Origin: Octopus sinensis
Taxonomy: Eukaryota
NCBI RefSeq assembly: GCF_006345805.1
Contig: NW_021833778.1
Location: 1 to 55,102, forward strand
Length of the DNA: 55,102 nt
Direction of reading: 5' to 3'
Positions 26,932 through 38,579 of this stretch are shown here, piece after piece (the first letter of the stretch is position 1; the number at the start of each line of letters is the position of its first letter). The translations under genes and the position numbers were made by a program. The notes under the pieces are model-generated. The model worked only from the letters and a program-made list of their open reading frames with translations, did no database searches and was not told the DNA's origin.

Positions 26932-27325
26932 GGAGGCGCAATGGCCCAATGGTTAAGGCAGCGGACTTGCAGTCGTAGGATCGCGGTTTCGATTCCCAGA
27001 CCGGGTGTTGTGAGTGTTTATTGAGCGAAAACACCTAAAGCTCCACGAGGCTCCGGCAGGGATGGTGGTGATCCCTGCTGTACTCTTTCACCACAACTTT
27101 CTCTCACTCTTACTTCCTGTTTCTGTTGTACCTGCATTTCAAAGGGCCGGCCTTGTCACTCTCTGTGTCACGCTGAATATCCCCGAGAACTACGTTAAGG
27201 GTGCACGTGTCTGTGGAGTGCTCAGCCACTTACACGTTAATTTCACGAGCAGGCTGTTCCGTTGATTCGGATCAACCGGAACCCTCGTCGTCGTAACCGA
27301 CGGAGTGCTTCCATCCATCCATCCA
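26932..27325 (+). mobile_element. tRNA-derived SINE, family C (alternative 3' tail ending (CCAT)n)
   Basis: GGAGGCGCAATGGCCCAATGGTTAAGGCAGCGG...GGTTTCGATTCCC head; body shared with the 7290 copy. Confidence 0.75.
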
Positions 27326-27946
27326 TATATATATATATGTGTGTGTGTGTGTATGTACATAAATGTGCATGTGTGTATATATGTATCAACATGGTGATAC
27401 ATATGCAGGTAAGTACATTTCTGTGTGTCTGTTTCACCAAGTATATATATGCACAAGTGTCCATGTGTATATGTGTATGCAAGTAAAAGTGCCTGTGTCA
27501 ATGTGGATGCGATTAAATTAGAATTTTAATAAGTGCTAACATCTAAATGATAAATGATCTGATAAAAATAATAAAAAATTAAATGTAAAAAATATTTAAA
27601 AAAAAAAATCATTTCAAATCCCCAGAAAAGAAAAGCAAGAAAAACACAACAAATTATAAAGATCATAGAAACAAAAATACATCTGCAAAATGGAAGCCAC
27701 TCTCTTATTTCCTCTTCCCTTAAGGCAGTATTCATGTGCACGAGTGATGCATAATAAAGGATAAATACAACCATAGCATGCAGCTGCAGCATGGTGTTCA
27801 TATTGTAAGAGGATCACTGCACAATATAGAACTGAAGTGTGTAAAGGATAGAGTGTACCATTACACATAATGTGTGTGTTTGTGCATATGTGAATGCATT
27901 TATATATGTATGAGTGTGTATGCATGCATTTGTGCATATGTATGCA

Positions 27947-28000
<54 letters not shown>

Positions 28001-28088
28001 AAATTCACCTACCTATATATATGTATATGTGGTACACACACACACACACACATATATAAACATGCGTGTGTATATATGAATATATATA

Positions 28089-28316
28089 TTTCTTTACTAC
28101 CCACAAGGGGCTAAACACAGAGGGGACAAACAAGGACAGACAGAGGGATTAAGTCGATTACATCGACCCCAGTGCGCAACTGGTACTTAATTTATCGACC
28201 CCGAAAGGATGAAAGGCAAAGTCGACCTCGGCGGAATTTGAACTCGGAACGTAACAACAGACAAAATACGGCTACGCATGTCGCCCGGCATGCTAACGTT
28301 TCTGCCAGCTCGCCGC

Positions 28317-28317
<1 letters not shown>
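28089..28317 (-). mobile_element. Family A SINE, full-length with 3' tail
   Basis: Near-identical to 8973-9201; flanked by (TA)n. Confidence 0.85.
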
Positions 28318-28368
<51 letters not shown>

Positions 28369-28698
28369 TATATATATGTATATTCTTAGTAGTCTAGTTA
28401 AACAATTTGGGCACAAGATGGAAAAGAAGGGTGCTATCAAGAAAGAATTAGAAGTGCATTGTAACCAGCAGTGTGCAACAACAGCCAACAGTCTGGTCAA
28501 TACAGTGATGCATACATACATACACATACATACATCTGGTTGATTAAGAATCCATAAGTCAGAAAAAATAAGCGTTCATTATATTTGTCAATAAAGTGGG
28601 TATATTAGAGAGGGTAAATTAATCCAAGTGTAATATTACACTGATAAAAAAAAATATACTCTTGAACCTATGTTATAATTGTAGGATTATGATACACA

Positions 28699-28779
<81 letters not shown>

Positions 28780-28780
<1 letters not shown>

Positions 28781-28980
28781 CTGTAAGTGTAATATGTGAC
28801 AATTATTTGGTAGCCATGATAAATCTCCGAGTTTCGGATGCCGAGGTGGAAATCCACACCACCATCTCTTCAGTTATCCGGCCACTGGAATCCGATGGCA
28901 GCGTGGATTTCCACCTCAGCATCCGAAACTCGGAGATTTATCATGGCTACCAAATAATTGTCATATATTGCATTTACAGA
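28780..28980. repeat. Palindromic element (about 90-bp arms) next to (TA)n, Penelope-tail-like
   Basis: tgacaattatttggtagccatgataaatctccgagtttcggatg... pairs with its reverse complement at about 28892-28980. The minus strand has a degenerate CUGAAGA...GAAAC core. Confidence 0.8.
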
Positions 28981-29228
28981 TAAATTCCTCTATTTACATA
29001 ATATTGAGGTCTCTTTCATTCTTTTGTTGTCTTACCATTTTTATCAATATCAAACCCCTACTCTTGGTTTGATCCAAGGCAAGTTATCTCACCTGGTATA
29101 CGACTTTCAAGTGTTTTAACGTTCAGCATTATCAGGGAATTTTCCCTGAGCACTATCCTGCAGCAAATACAGCAAATAAACAAATCACATACATTGAGTA
29201 TGTGAGATGGATTTATATATATATATAT

Positions 29229-29490
29229 CATCCTCATCATCAACATCTGTTGTCCATGCTAGCATCGGTTGGATGGTTTGACCAGAGTGGGCATGGTTTC
29301 TATGGTTGGATGCCCTTCCAAATGTCAACCACTTTACAGTATGTGCTGAGTGCTTTATGTGACATTGCATGGGCACTTTTACGTGGTGCTGCATGGATGC
29401 TTTTAAATTACACCACACGGGTGCTTTAACGTGGTGCCACAAGGATGCTTTTAAGTGGCACCGCCATGAGTGCTTTACATCACTAGAAGG
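29229..29490 (-). mobile_element. RTE-tail-type repeat (family D), diverged
   Basis: catcatca..ccatgctagcat..ggatgcccttcc pattern as in 30950-31254 and 48313-48620. Confidence 0.65.
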
Positions 29491-29679
29491 ACCAATCTTA
29501 ATACTTCTGCTACAGAGTATGAATCTTCTTAAGTACAGCAATATGCCAGGTATTTTGGTTCTTTACCACCTCACTTGAAAGGTTCAGCATTGAGGTTGTT
29601 CTTCAGTACTTCACCCTGGGTCTCCCACTTCCAGGTGTTCCATCCAATTTGAGAGATCAGCACTGTGTATATATATATT

Positions 29680-29931
29680 ATTTAAAGGACACAGTACATG
29701 TCTTTAAGTACTACTAATAGTTTCATATGTAGAGAAATATCTCAAACATATTCATCAGACACAAACCACGTATCATAATGAACTAAAAAAGGTTGAATAA
29801 GAGGAGAAATGCGAAAAAGTATCTCTTCTCTTGTTCAATTTTTTAGTTCATGTGTCTGATGAATATGTTTGAGATATTTCTCAACATATGTAAATATTAG
29901 CACTTAAAGACATGCATTGTGTCCATTAAAT
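29680..29931. repeat. Palindromic element with hammerhead-like core, Penelope-tail-like
   Basis: Imperfect inverted arms. Minus strand 29703-29762 reads CUGAUGA-AUAUG...CAUAU-GAA-ACUA(UUAG)UAGU-A with stems II and III intact and stem I disrupted. Confidence 0.7.
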
Positions 29932-30005
29932 AAAAAATATTTATCTCACACCATTTGGAGTATTTTTCTTTTGGTGATCTTTCTATCATGGAGCAGTACA
30001 TTATA

Positions 30006-30059
<54 letters not shown>

Positions 30060-30898
30060 CAGAGTACGGTGAATAAACTGTCATCTAAATTAAGCAAAAA
30101 TGAAAATAATACTAACATCTCAATTTTACCAAAATTACATAAAAATATCTTGAAATACTAACGAGAAAATGTATTCAATAAAATCGCCATTGGCTTCAAC
30201 CACAGCCTCCAGATGACTTTGGAATCTCCTGCAACCCTTCTGGATGGTCTCCTTGTTTAAGTTGGTCAATGCTGCTATAAATCTGGCCTTCAGTTCATCT
30301 TTTAGTGTTACAAAGAGTTTTGTTGTGCCCCACACATAATAATCAATGGGGTTGCAGTGTGGGGAGTCAGGTGGCCAGATGTTCAGGGTGGTGTGGTTGC
30401 AGGAATTGCCCGACAGCCATGACTGAGTTCTCCTGCTTGTGTGACATGGTGCAGAGTCCTGTTGCTAGATATGGGGTCTTTCTACAGCTGCCCTCTTGAC
30501 CCAGAGCAGCACCACTTCCCCCAGGCACTTGATGTAGGCCTCCATGTTGAGTGTGAGGCCATGTGAGAAGATGAATGGGGGCATAATGTCACCATCACTA
30601 GTGATCACTCTAAACACAATGATATTGACTGGATGTTTGACTTTAATCACTCTCAGTACATGTCCTCAGGTTGACACCCAAACACTCTGAAATGTTTGTA
30701 TTGGAGCTTCCAGCACAAATGCCAAGCAGCACAGCATGTCATTTCCAAATTTCTGGCAGAGTGAATTGCATCATGGTGCTGTTTTTCTCAGAGACAGTGC
30801 CCAACTGACCCTTCTATAGAGTGTAGTTGACAATCAAAACAATGTGATTGCACGAAATTAAAAATATAAAATGGCAACAATTTATCCATTGCACCCTG
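30060..30898 (-). mobile_element. Internally deleted Tc1/mariner transposon
   Basis: WPPDSPHCNPIDYYVWG motif on the minus strand. Diverged TIRs cagagtacggtgaataaactgt / cagggtgcaatggataaattgt, each next to TA. Confidence 0.75.
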
Positions 30899-30949
30899 TA
30901 TCTATCTACCCGACCGTCCGTCTCTCTATCTATCTCTCTCTCTCTCTCT

Positions 30950-31254
30950 ATGGCACGTAAAAAGCACCATCCGTTTGTGGCGGTTGCCAGCCTGGCCTGG
31001 CCCCCGTGCCGGTGGCACGTAAAAAGCACCATCCGATCGTGGCCATTGCCAGCCTCGCCTGGCCTCTGTGCCGGTGGAACGTAAAAATCACCCACTACAC
31101 TCACGGAGTGGTTGGCGTTAGGAAGGGCATCCAGCCGTAGAAACACTGCCAGATCAGACTGGGCCTGATGCAGCCTTCTGGCTTCACAGACCCCAGTTGA
31201 ACCGTCCAACCCATGCTAGCATGGAAAGCAGACGCTAAATGATGATGATGATGA
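30950..31254 (+). mobile_element. RTE-tail-type repeat (family D) with three ~64-bp internal repeats
   Basis: GGTTGGCGTTAGGAAGGGCATCCAGCCGTAGAAAC...(ATG)n 3' end; repeated tggcacgtaaaaagcaccatccg. Confidence 0.75.
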
Positions 31255-31834
31255 TATATATATATATATATGCATACACATCCATACGTATATATCCATA
31301 CATAAGTGTACACATGCACACACATATATATGTAGGTAATTACATGCATGTGAACATATGAACACGCACACACATCAGTCACACAGTGACTATAGAAATA
31401 GACAAGAACAACAGCAACAACAATAAAAAGTCCCAGTTGTTGTTGTTGTAATTACCGAAAAGATGCAGCAGACTTTAGAACTGCTACTATGAGTTATTGA
31501 GTTATACATCAATAATGTGCGTAGTTGTTTATCGAAATTAATGGTTCTCCTCCACCCCTACTCCTTTCTACATTTCCTGCACCTCTGTTGGTGGCAGCGA
31601 TGTAGAGTAGGGGTTGTAGATGGGTGGATGAGTGGAAAGGTTGCTTCTGCTACAAGACATACATACATATGTATGAATCATATATATAGACACATGCACA
31701 TACACAACACATGTGTACATATGCACACATATATATATATATATATATATGATGATGATGATATATCCCGGAGTAAACACATAAATGTGAAACAAGATGG
31801 AAAAAAGAGTACTCAAATACCAGTGGTAGAGTAA

Positions 31835-31960
31835 TATGCTTTATTTAAAGCAGCAGAAAATTCAACAAAACCATTCTAGCAAAAACTGTCCGATGAACGG
31901 CAACGGGAAACTCAGAGTAACAGGTTTTGTTGAATTTTCTGGTGCTTTAAATAAAGTATA
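31835..31960. repeat. Palindromic Penelope-tail-like element followed by (TA)n
   Basis: tatgctttatttaaagcagcagaaaattcaacaaaacc ... ggttttgttgaattttctggtgctttaaataaagtata. Confidence 0.8.
31886..31923 (+). ncRNA. Minimal type I hammerhead-like motif
   Basis: CUGU-CCGAUGA-aCG(GCAA)CGg-GAA-ACU(CAG)AGU-A-ACAG; U4C core variant and a very short stem II with a GNRA loop. Confidence 0.55.
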
Positions 31961-32073
31961 TATATATATATATATATATATATCATTACAGATATAGGGT
32001 GAAAGATTATTAATTTTTCGGTATGGAAAAAGACCATATTCCGTAAAAACTTATACAAAAAGACTTTTTATGT

Positions 32074-32349
32074 ATAATTATAACAATAAGGGTTTAGCAA
32101 CAAGTTGCTTGACCACATACCGAAAATTTTAGAAATAGCAGCCAAAAGACTACTATTTCTTTTTCTACAAAAATATGTCTCCACAGACAACAATATTTTT
32201 ATGTTACAAATATTTGTGAGTTACAAATATTGTCGTCTGTGGAGACATATTTTTGTAGAAAAAGAAACAGTAGTCTTTTGGCTGCTATTTCTAAAATTTT
32301 CGGTATGTGGTCAAGCAACTTGTTGCTAAACCCTTATTGTTATAATTAT
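32074..32349. repeat. Near-perfect palindrome with ~125-bp arms
   Basis: ataattataacaataagggtttagcaacaagttgc... pairs with ...gcaacttgttgctaaacccttattgttataattat; abuts the Helitron-like 5' end. Confidence 0.9.
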
Positions 32350-32903
32350 CTTTATATATATAAAACTGAGAATGTGTGTCTGTCTGTCTGTGTGTTTCCC
32401 TAAAACTTGAGAACTACACAACCAATTCTTGAGAACTACACAATCAATTTCATTCAAATTTTACACATGCCTTACTTAGGGTCCATGTAGTTTCATGGGC
32501 AAAAAACAAATGTTCAACTTCTTGCCTAGAGTGAGCCCATAGCAATATCATATCTTCTCCACTATTTCAGTATTACGTGTTAAAAGTGAAACAAAAATAT
32601 TTCTCTATTTTATGTCAGATGCTTTCACTTTAACAATAAAAATAATAATAACAATTGAATTATATGTAGTAAGTAATAATTAAAATCAAACTAAAGTATA
32701 ATATAATCGTAACATACAAAATAAAAATAGCAATTGGTATAAAATTGCATCAATGATTTGAACTTGAATAAGTGGTTTCACATGAATGGGAGTAAATTAA
32801 AAATAAAATTAGCGTGCAGAAATGGAATAGTCCAGATGGGTAATAAAAAATTAAATTAAAGAAAAGACTATTGTCTATAAAGTATACAATGTAGAGAAAA
32901 AAG

Positions 32904-32918
32904 AAGAGCTAACAATTC
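32904..32918 (+). repeat. Left target-site duplication of Tx1 element 1
   Basis: AAGAGCTAACAATTC matches AAGAGCTAACAAGTC at 38317-38331 (14/15). Confidence 0.8.
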
Positions 32919-33107
32919 AATTTAATTGATGTCTGATTTTTCCCATATTTGAAGCGTGGTTTTTTCAGTAATTTGTAAGTAACTGTTTAGTGTTTGTTAC
33001 AGAAACTGTTGTTTTGTTTGAACTTTTGAACGTCTGGTGTAATAACAAAAGATATTGTTATTCCCCTCCTTACGGAGGGGAAAAGTGCTACACGTTGCAT
33101 ACAAAAC

Positions 33108-33147
<40 letters not shown>

Positions 33148-33200
33148 CACTACATTTGTGGAAAAAAATGAACAAAAAAGACATGAAGTCAAAAAAAAAA

Positions 33201-34682
33201 ATGTTGTTTGATGTGGAAACACTGTCCGCTTCAAGTGACGAAGGTTCGCCTTCAAGTGAAGCAGGTTTGCCTGCAGTTAAAGTCATCGAAGGTTCGCCTT
33301 CAAGTGTAGCTGTGTCTGCAGCTAAAATTATTAAAGGTTCGCCTTCGAAAGCTAAAACATACAACTTCGCAGCCACCGCCGGACGGAAGACGGAAGAGAT
33401 AAAGATGGAGGACATAGAATATGAAAAATACAAAACTATGTATGTAAGGGAGGGGAATAATATAAAAGCCACCCTCCCAGAAGAAATTAAAAATGAAACA
33501 CAGAGAAGGATTGTGAGTTACAAATCCTTTTTAATAAAAGAAAAAAAAAATCGAAAGAGTAACAAAGGAACAAGCAGAGAAGTGTCTGCAACCAATATAG
33601 CAAGACATAGACTGTGTGACATGGGGCAAAAAGTACGCCACAATAGTGGTATATTTCAAGAGCGAACAAATGGCAAGAAAGCACTCGATAACCCCAATTA
33701 AGGCGAGTGACATTGTTCTTTTGCCTTCCTATTTGGGGCGGCGGTCCGCCAAAATAAGGGTCGAGGACATACCGCCAGAAATCGAGGCGGAGTGGTTGCT
33801 TCCAGCCTTACTAATGGGGCTGGAAGAAAAAATAAGTGTGATAGCGATAACAAAGGTCAGGATGGAGAATTGGAGAGGTCAATCTCTTCAAGTGACAGTA
33901 CAGGCGGCCCCAGAGACGTTGGAGGAGGTGGCAGAAAATATCAATTTCAGCGATGAAATAAATTTGCGGGTGGTGGTGGAGGAGCGAAAGCCTCGATGCT
34001 ACGGATGTGGTGAGAAAGGCCACATCCGTATAGACTGCCCCACCCGCAAGAAATAAGAAGAGAGAAAAAGGATGGAAGCAGAGGAGAAGAGGAAAAAAGA
34101 GACGGTGGAAGAGAAAACAACAGAAGAAGAAAATGCCTTCACACTGGTGAGGCAGAAAAAAACACCAAAAAGAAAAAATGAAGACTTGAACCCACCCACC
34201 CCATGCACAAGCAAAAAGAAAAATAACACACAGGGGGGGAAATTTACCCCACCCAACCACGGTTCCCCACAAAAGAAAAAAAAAGAGAAGACCCCCCCAA
34301 CCCAACCCGAACAACCACCCCACCCCCACCTCCCAGTATCGAACAATTCCCTCCCCTCCCAAACTACTCCCCGCCGTCCCCCCCATCACCCCCACAAAGC
34401 CCAAAGAAAAAAATGGAAGGATTAGAGATGGTGTACATCTCAATAAACAATGATAACGATAGGTTGGTGAAACTTATTAATGAAGTCCCAACAGCAGAAA
34501 AAATACAAACTTACAGGGTATTGCCCAAAAATGTAGAAGTGAGTAAAATCGACAGATTAAATTACAACATTATACATGAGGAATACCCAAAAGACATCAG
34601 AGGTCCGCGTCTCGACTTGCACGAGTCGTTGTATAATGCGGACTTCCCCCCACGACAAACGGAAAAAAGGAAAACCAACTAA
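33201..34682 (+). pseudogene. Element 1 ORF1 (RRM-like region, CX2CX4HX4C knuckle), frameshifted
   Basis: Pieces 33156-33701, 33616-34056, 34072-34425 and 34413-34682; CYGCGEKGHIRIDC. Several shifts fall at or near A/C homopolymers. Confidence 0.85.
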
Positions 34683-34692
34683 AAGGTAGGTG

Positions 34693-37600
34693 ATGGCTCG
34701 TATTCATGTAGGGTGCATAAATGTGCATGGCCTGGTGACGAACTGGAAGCAAGGGCGCCTCCTAAATGACATCAGGTCACGGGATTTAGATGTTGTTGTT
34801 GCCACAGAAACCTGGTTAAAGGGGCCAAGAGATCCACTCCCGCTGTTCAGCGGTTTTGAGAGAATTATCTCTCCGAGCCGTCTGTCCGGCGGAAGCGGGG
34901 TGTTGGTCCTGTGTAAAAAGAACCAGGTTTCTGAGAAAAAGTTGATTTTTTCAGATCCAGAAGGTAGACTGGTCGTCGTTGATTTGATGTTCAGTAGTCG
35001 TAAGACAATCAGGCTGGTTGCGGTTTACGCACCCCACAGTCAAGGGGAACAAAGTGATTATTTTCGGAACCTTGGAAAGTTTCTGAGTACATCGCATCCT
35101 TTAGTTGTTTTAGGAGACTTCAACACAGTCTACGATGTGCGGGTAGACTGTGAGGGCTCGCGAACAGATAGGAAAGGAAATGCTTGCTTCCAGGATCTAC
35201 TAAGACGTTTCGAGCTGGTAGATCCATATAGACTGGAACATCCGAACGCTCCATTGTGGACATGGTCAAATAGCGACGGATCTATCAAGTCATACATAGA
35301 CAGGATATTAATTAGAAAAGTAGATAAGAAACTAGCTAGGAGTCCACATGCTCCACATGGTCAGCTACAGTGACCACAAGATGGTCACCTGTAGGCTAGA
35401 CATAGATAAGACGAATAGAGGTCCTGGTTACTGGAAACTTAATACGTCCCTTTTGGCGATTAAGGAGTACAGTGACAAGATGAGGTTAATGATTCAGAGG
35501 GCTTTGACTGGAACCATAATTAACAACAAATGGTGGTATGCCCTCAAGCGAGCCATCAGATATGAGTCCATTAGATATAGTATAGATCTAGTAGCTAGAG
35601 AGGCTAGAAGGGAATCAGCACTAGTTAAGGACTTAGAGGAAGCAATGCGAACTGGCACGGCAGCCCAGGTGAGGGTCAAGAGACTGGTTTTGAACCAGCA
35701 CCTTGAAGCCAAACACATGGGTTGCATTGTCAGGGCTAGACAACGTGCAATGGGGAGCGAAGGAATTAATGCCGCAAGATGGGCCCGAGTGGTGGAAGCC
35801 CAACGTGGCAACGATGCCACAATTCGATCTTTGACGAACCAACAAGGTAAGTTGATAGACGAGCCCGAGGAGATGTGTGAGGCTTTTCAGGACCACTTCG
35901 CCCGGCTCTTTGGGGGGAGCGGCAGACCGGATAGGAGGAGGGGCCTAACGGACCTCCTCCGACGGGCTGCCGCACCTCTCGGAGCAGGACGCGAAGTGTA
36001 GTGAGGAGCCGATCACGCCTGGGGAAGTAATAGAGGCCATGGCTGACTGCGGCACGGGTAAGGCACCAGGACTGGATGGTCTACCTTACGAGCTTTATAA
36101 AAGTATGCCGGACTTGTTCAGGGACTTACTGGTGAACGTCTACGCGAACTGGCAGCAGAATGGGTTTATTCCCAGATCTGTGCGCCGGGGAGTGGTGACA
36201 CCAATCAGGAAGGACTCGGACAAGGGGGATGTCATTGATAATTTTAGGCCCATCACTCTGCTTAACGCAGAGCTGAAGATTTTGGCCAAAGTGTTATCAA
36301 ACAGATTGGCGCGTGTCGCGGATGGACTAATAGGGAAGGCACAAACGTGTGCCGTACCTGGCAGGTCCATTCAGGATAATCTCCATCTAATTAGATACAG
36401 TATAGAGGGAATTAATAGCGATCCCGGCAAGGGAGGGGCAGTGGTCCATTTAGACCAATCAAAAGCTTTCGATAGGGTCGACCATCATTACCTGGTGTCT
36501 GTTCTGGCTCAGTTCGGCCTGGGTCTTGGCTTCCTCAGGTGGATCATCGAAATGTACGATAACGTCGACTCGGTAGTTCGGGTGAACGGCTTTATTTCTA
36601 AGCTGTTCAGAGTCAAATGCTCGGTTCGTCAAGGATGCCCACTCTCCCCGCTTTTGTATGTAGTGGCTCTCGAGCCACTGCTGCGAAAACTGAGTGGTAT
36701 CCCGAGGCAGCCAGGTCGTGGAATGTCGGTTTCGGCGTACGCGGATGACATCACTATCATCGTGACTGAAGTGGACCTCCTACGTAAAGTAGGCAAGGCC
36801 ATAGAGGTTTACGAGACGGTGACAGGAGCAAAAGTTAATCGCGAAAAGTCAGTCGGCTTGCAGCTCGGCACCTGGAGAGGCAAGTCGATGCCTTCAGACA
36901 GCGTCGTGGGACGTTGGACGGAGGGTCCGATTAAGTTGCTCGGGGTTTGGTTCGGACCAGACCTCCAAATAGAGAAGAACTGGAGCGAGGTATCGAGCAG
37001 GGTGGCTGCAGTAGCCAAGACCTGGTCTTGGCGGTGGTTATCCCTGAAAGGTAGGGCGGAGGTAGCCAATGTGTTCATCGCATCGGTGATCACCTACCGC
37101 CTTACCGTTGTGCCTTGCCCGGATTCGTGGTTGACCAAGTTGGAAAGACAGCTTTTCACTTTTTGTGGAAGAGCTCGAAACCACTTGTGAGACGCTCTGT
37201 TTGTTGTCAAAAACTGTTAAAGGGTGGACTAGGGATGCCGTGGCTAATGATGCGCAGAAATGCGCTGAGGTTAAGGCATCTGTGGCTCCATCTGGATGGT
37301 GAACGGGTGTGGTCTCCGTTGGCGAAACAGATGTTTCCCAATTTCACCAGTTTTGGTGGACGGGAAGCCTGGTATAATCACAGATCGAAGTTGGATACAT
37401 GGTATACGGAATGTCGCAAGGCACTCCGACTATTCCGTCGCTCGGGCAATGCCTGCGGCAGTGGTTCTACCGCTGTTTTCTATAGAGGGTTTGTAGAGGC
37501 CGGTTGCGATGATACATTAGGGGAAACCCTAGGTTTCGACGATAATCAGCTGGCCAGTCTGTTCCAACGTACATTTGGGCCGAGGACCCTGGATAATTTT

Positions 37601-38089
37601 CAGAAGTCCTTAGCTTGGCAGTGCTACCAAGGAGCCTTACCTGTTCATGATAAACTCGCAAGGCACGGTGGCCAAGTCAGCCCGACCTGTCCGAGGTGTG
37701 GGCGAGACAGGGAAACCGTCTCGCACGCGGTTGTGCAGTGCTCGGAGGTGGCAGACATGTGGGTTTTTGCCGAACAACTGTTGTCAAGTGGAGGAAGAGT
37801 ACAGCTATCGACTGAATCCATTGTAAAAATTGACCCACCGGATTTCTTAACGAAAGAAGGTAAGAATTGTTTTCTCTCTGTGGTTTCAATTGCGAAACAG
37901 GCAGTATGGAAGACGAGGATGAAAGGGGTGATAGCAGGCAACTTCATCTCTGGTTCTAGTCTGATGGAATATTTTAAATTCCACCTAAAAAGACAAATAG
38001 AACTAGAGAGGAGGGGCCTGAGTAAGAAAGTGTTCGATGAAAGATGGAAGAATGTTGTGAGTAAAAGGACCCTCATGAATGCGAGGTAA
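34693..38089 (+). pseudogene. Element 1 ORF2 (APE endonuclease, reverse transcriptase, Zn finger), three frameshifts
   Basis: VGCINVHGL, ATETW, LGDFN, SYIDRI (APE); KAPGLDGL, NFRPITLLN, LDQSKAFDRVDH, RQGCPLSP, AYADD (RT); CPRCGRDRETVSHAVVQC. Confidence 0.95.
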
Positions 38090-38316
38090 GCCGGAAAAAA
38101 AAGAAGGAAAAAAACCTAAGATCAGTGTCGTGACGGGGTTCGTGGGGTCCGTAAGCCCGCCCCACTCCATCTGTGAAATTGTTTGTGTAAAAAATGTCCT
38201 ATCATCCGAATTATATATTCATTTGTAAATTTTTAATAGACCCCAACGCATATTCATGTAAAATCATTTGTGATGTTCTGTCTTTATATGTATAACCGTA
38301 TGGTGAATAAAGAAAT

Positions 38317-38343
38317 AAGAGCTAACAAGTCCAGTCTGTTATA
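38317..38343 (+). repeat. Junction: overlapping TSDs of elements 1 and 2
   Basis: AAGAGCTAACAAGTCCAGTCTGTTATA contains the right TSD of element 1 (38317-38331) and the left TSD of element 2 (38324-38343). Confidence 0.8.
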
Positions 38344-38579
38344 CACCAGTCTGTTTTGTCATTTGCTGTTTACTACCGGTTTGTGAATTTAACTATTGTT
38401 ACTTTGTTTTATATATTGTGTATTTTGTGTAAAAACTGTTATTAGCCTTCGCGCGAAGGCTACGTATTAAAATTCCCCCCCCACGGGGGAATTGTTTTGA
38501 AACAATTATTGTGAAACAGTTTAAAATATACACAAAAGGCTTGCGAAGCCAAAATCTTTTGAAGGCTTGTTAAAGCCAA

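Larger units (their letters stand above)
32919..38316 (+). mobile_element. Full-length Tx1/L1-type non-LTR retrotransposon, element 1
   Basis: 5' UTR, ORF1 with CCHC knuckle, ORF2 with APE, RT and C-terminal Zn finger, 3' UTR with AATAAA at 38306-38311, 15-bp TSD. Confidence 0.92.

Noticed and set aside
26932-27005. tRNA gene
   Set aside because: It has A/B boxes but continues into a SINE body shared with the 7290 copy, and has no complete cloverleaf.
35494-37093. Antisense ORFs overlapping the Tx1 ORF2s (also at 41084-42486)
   Set aside because: Expected shadows of GC-richer coding sequence; they are fragmentary and have no recognisable domains.
38317-38343. Target site as U2 snRNA, spliced-leader or tRNA sequence (known Tx1/NeSL/Utopia targets)
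   Set aside because: I see no match beyond a few bases (TCTGTT) to the sequences I know; a database search is still needed.
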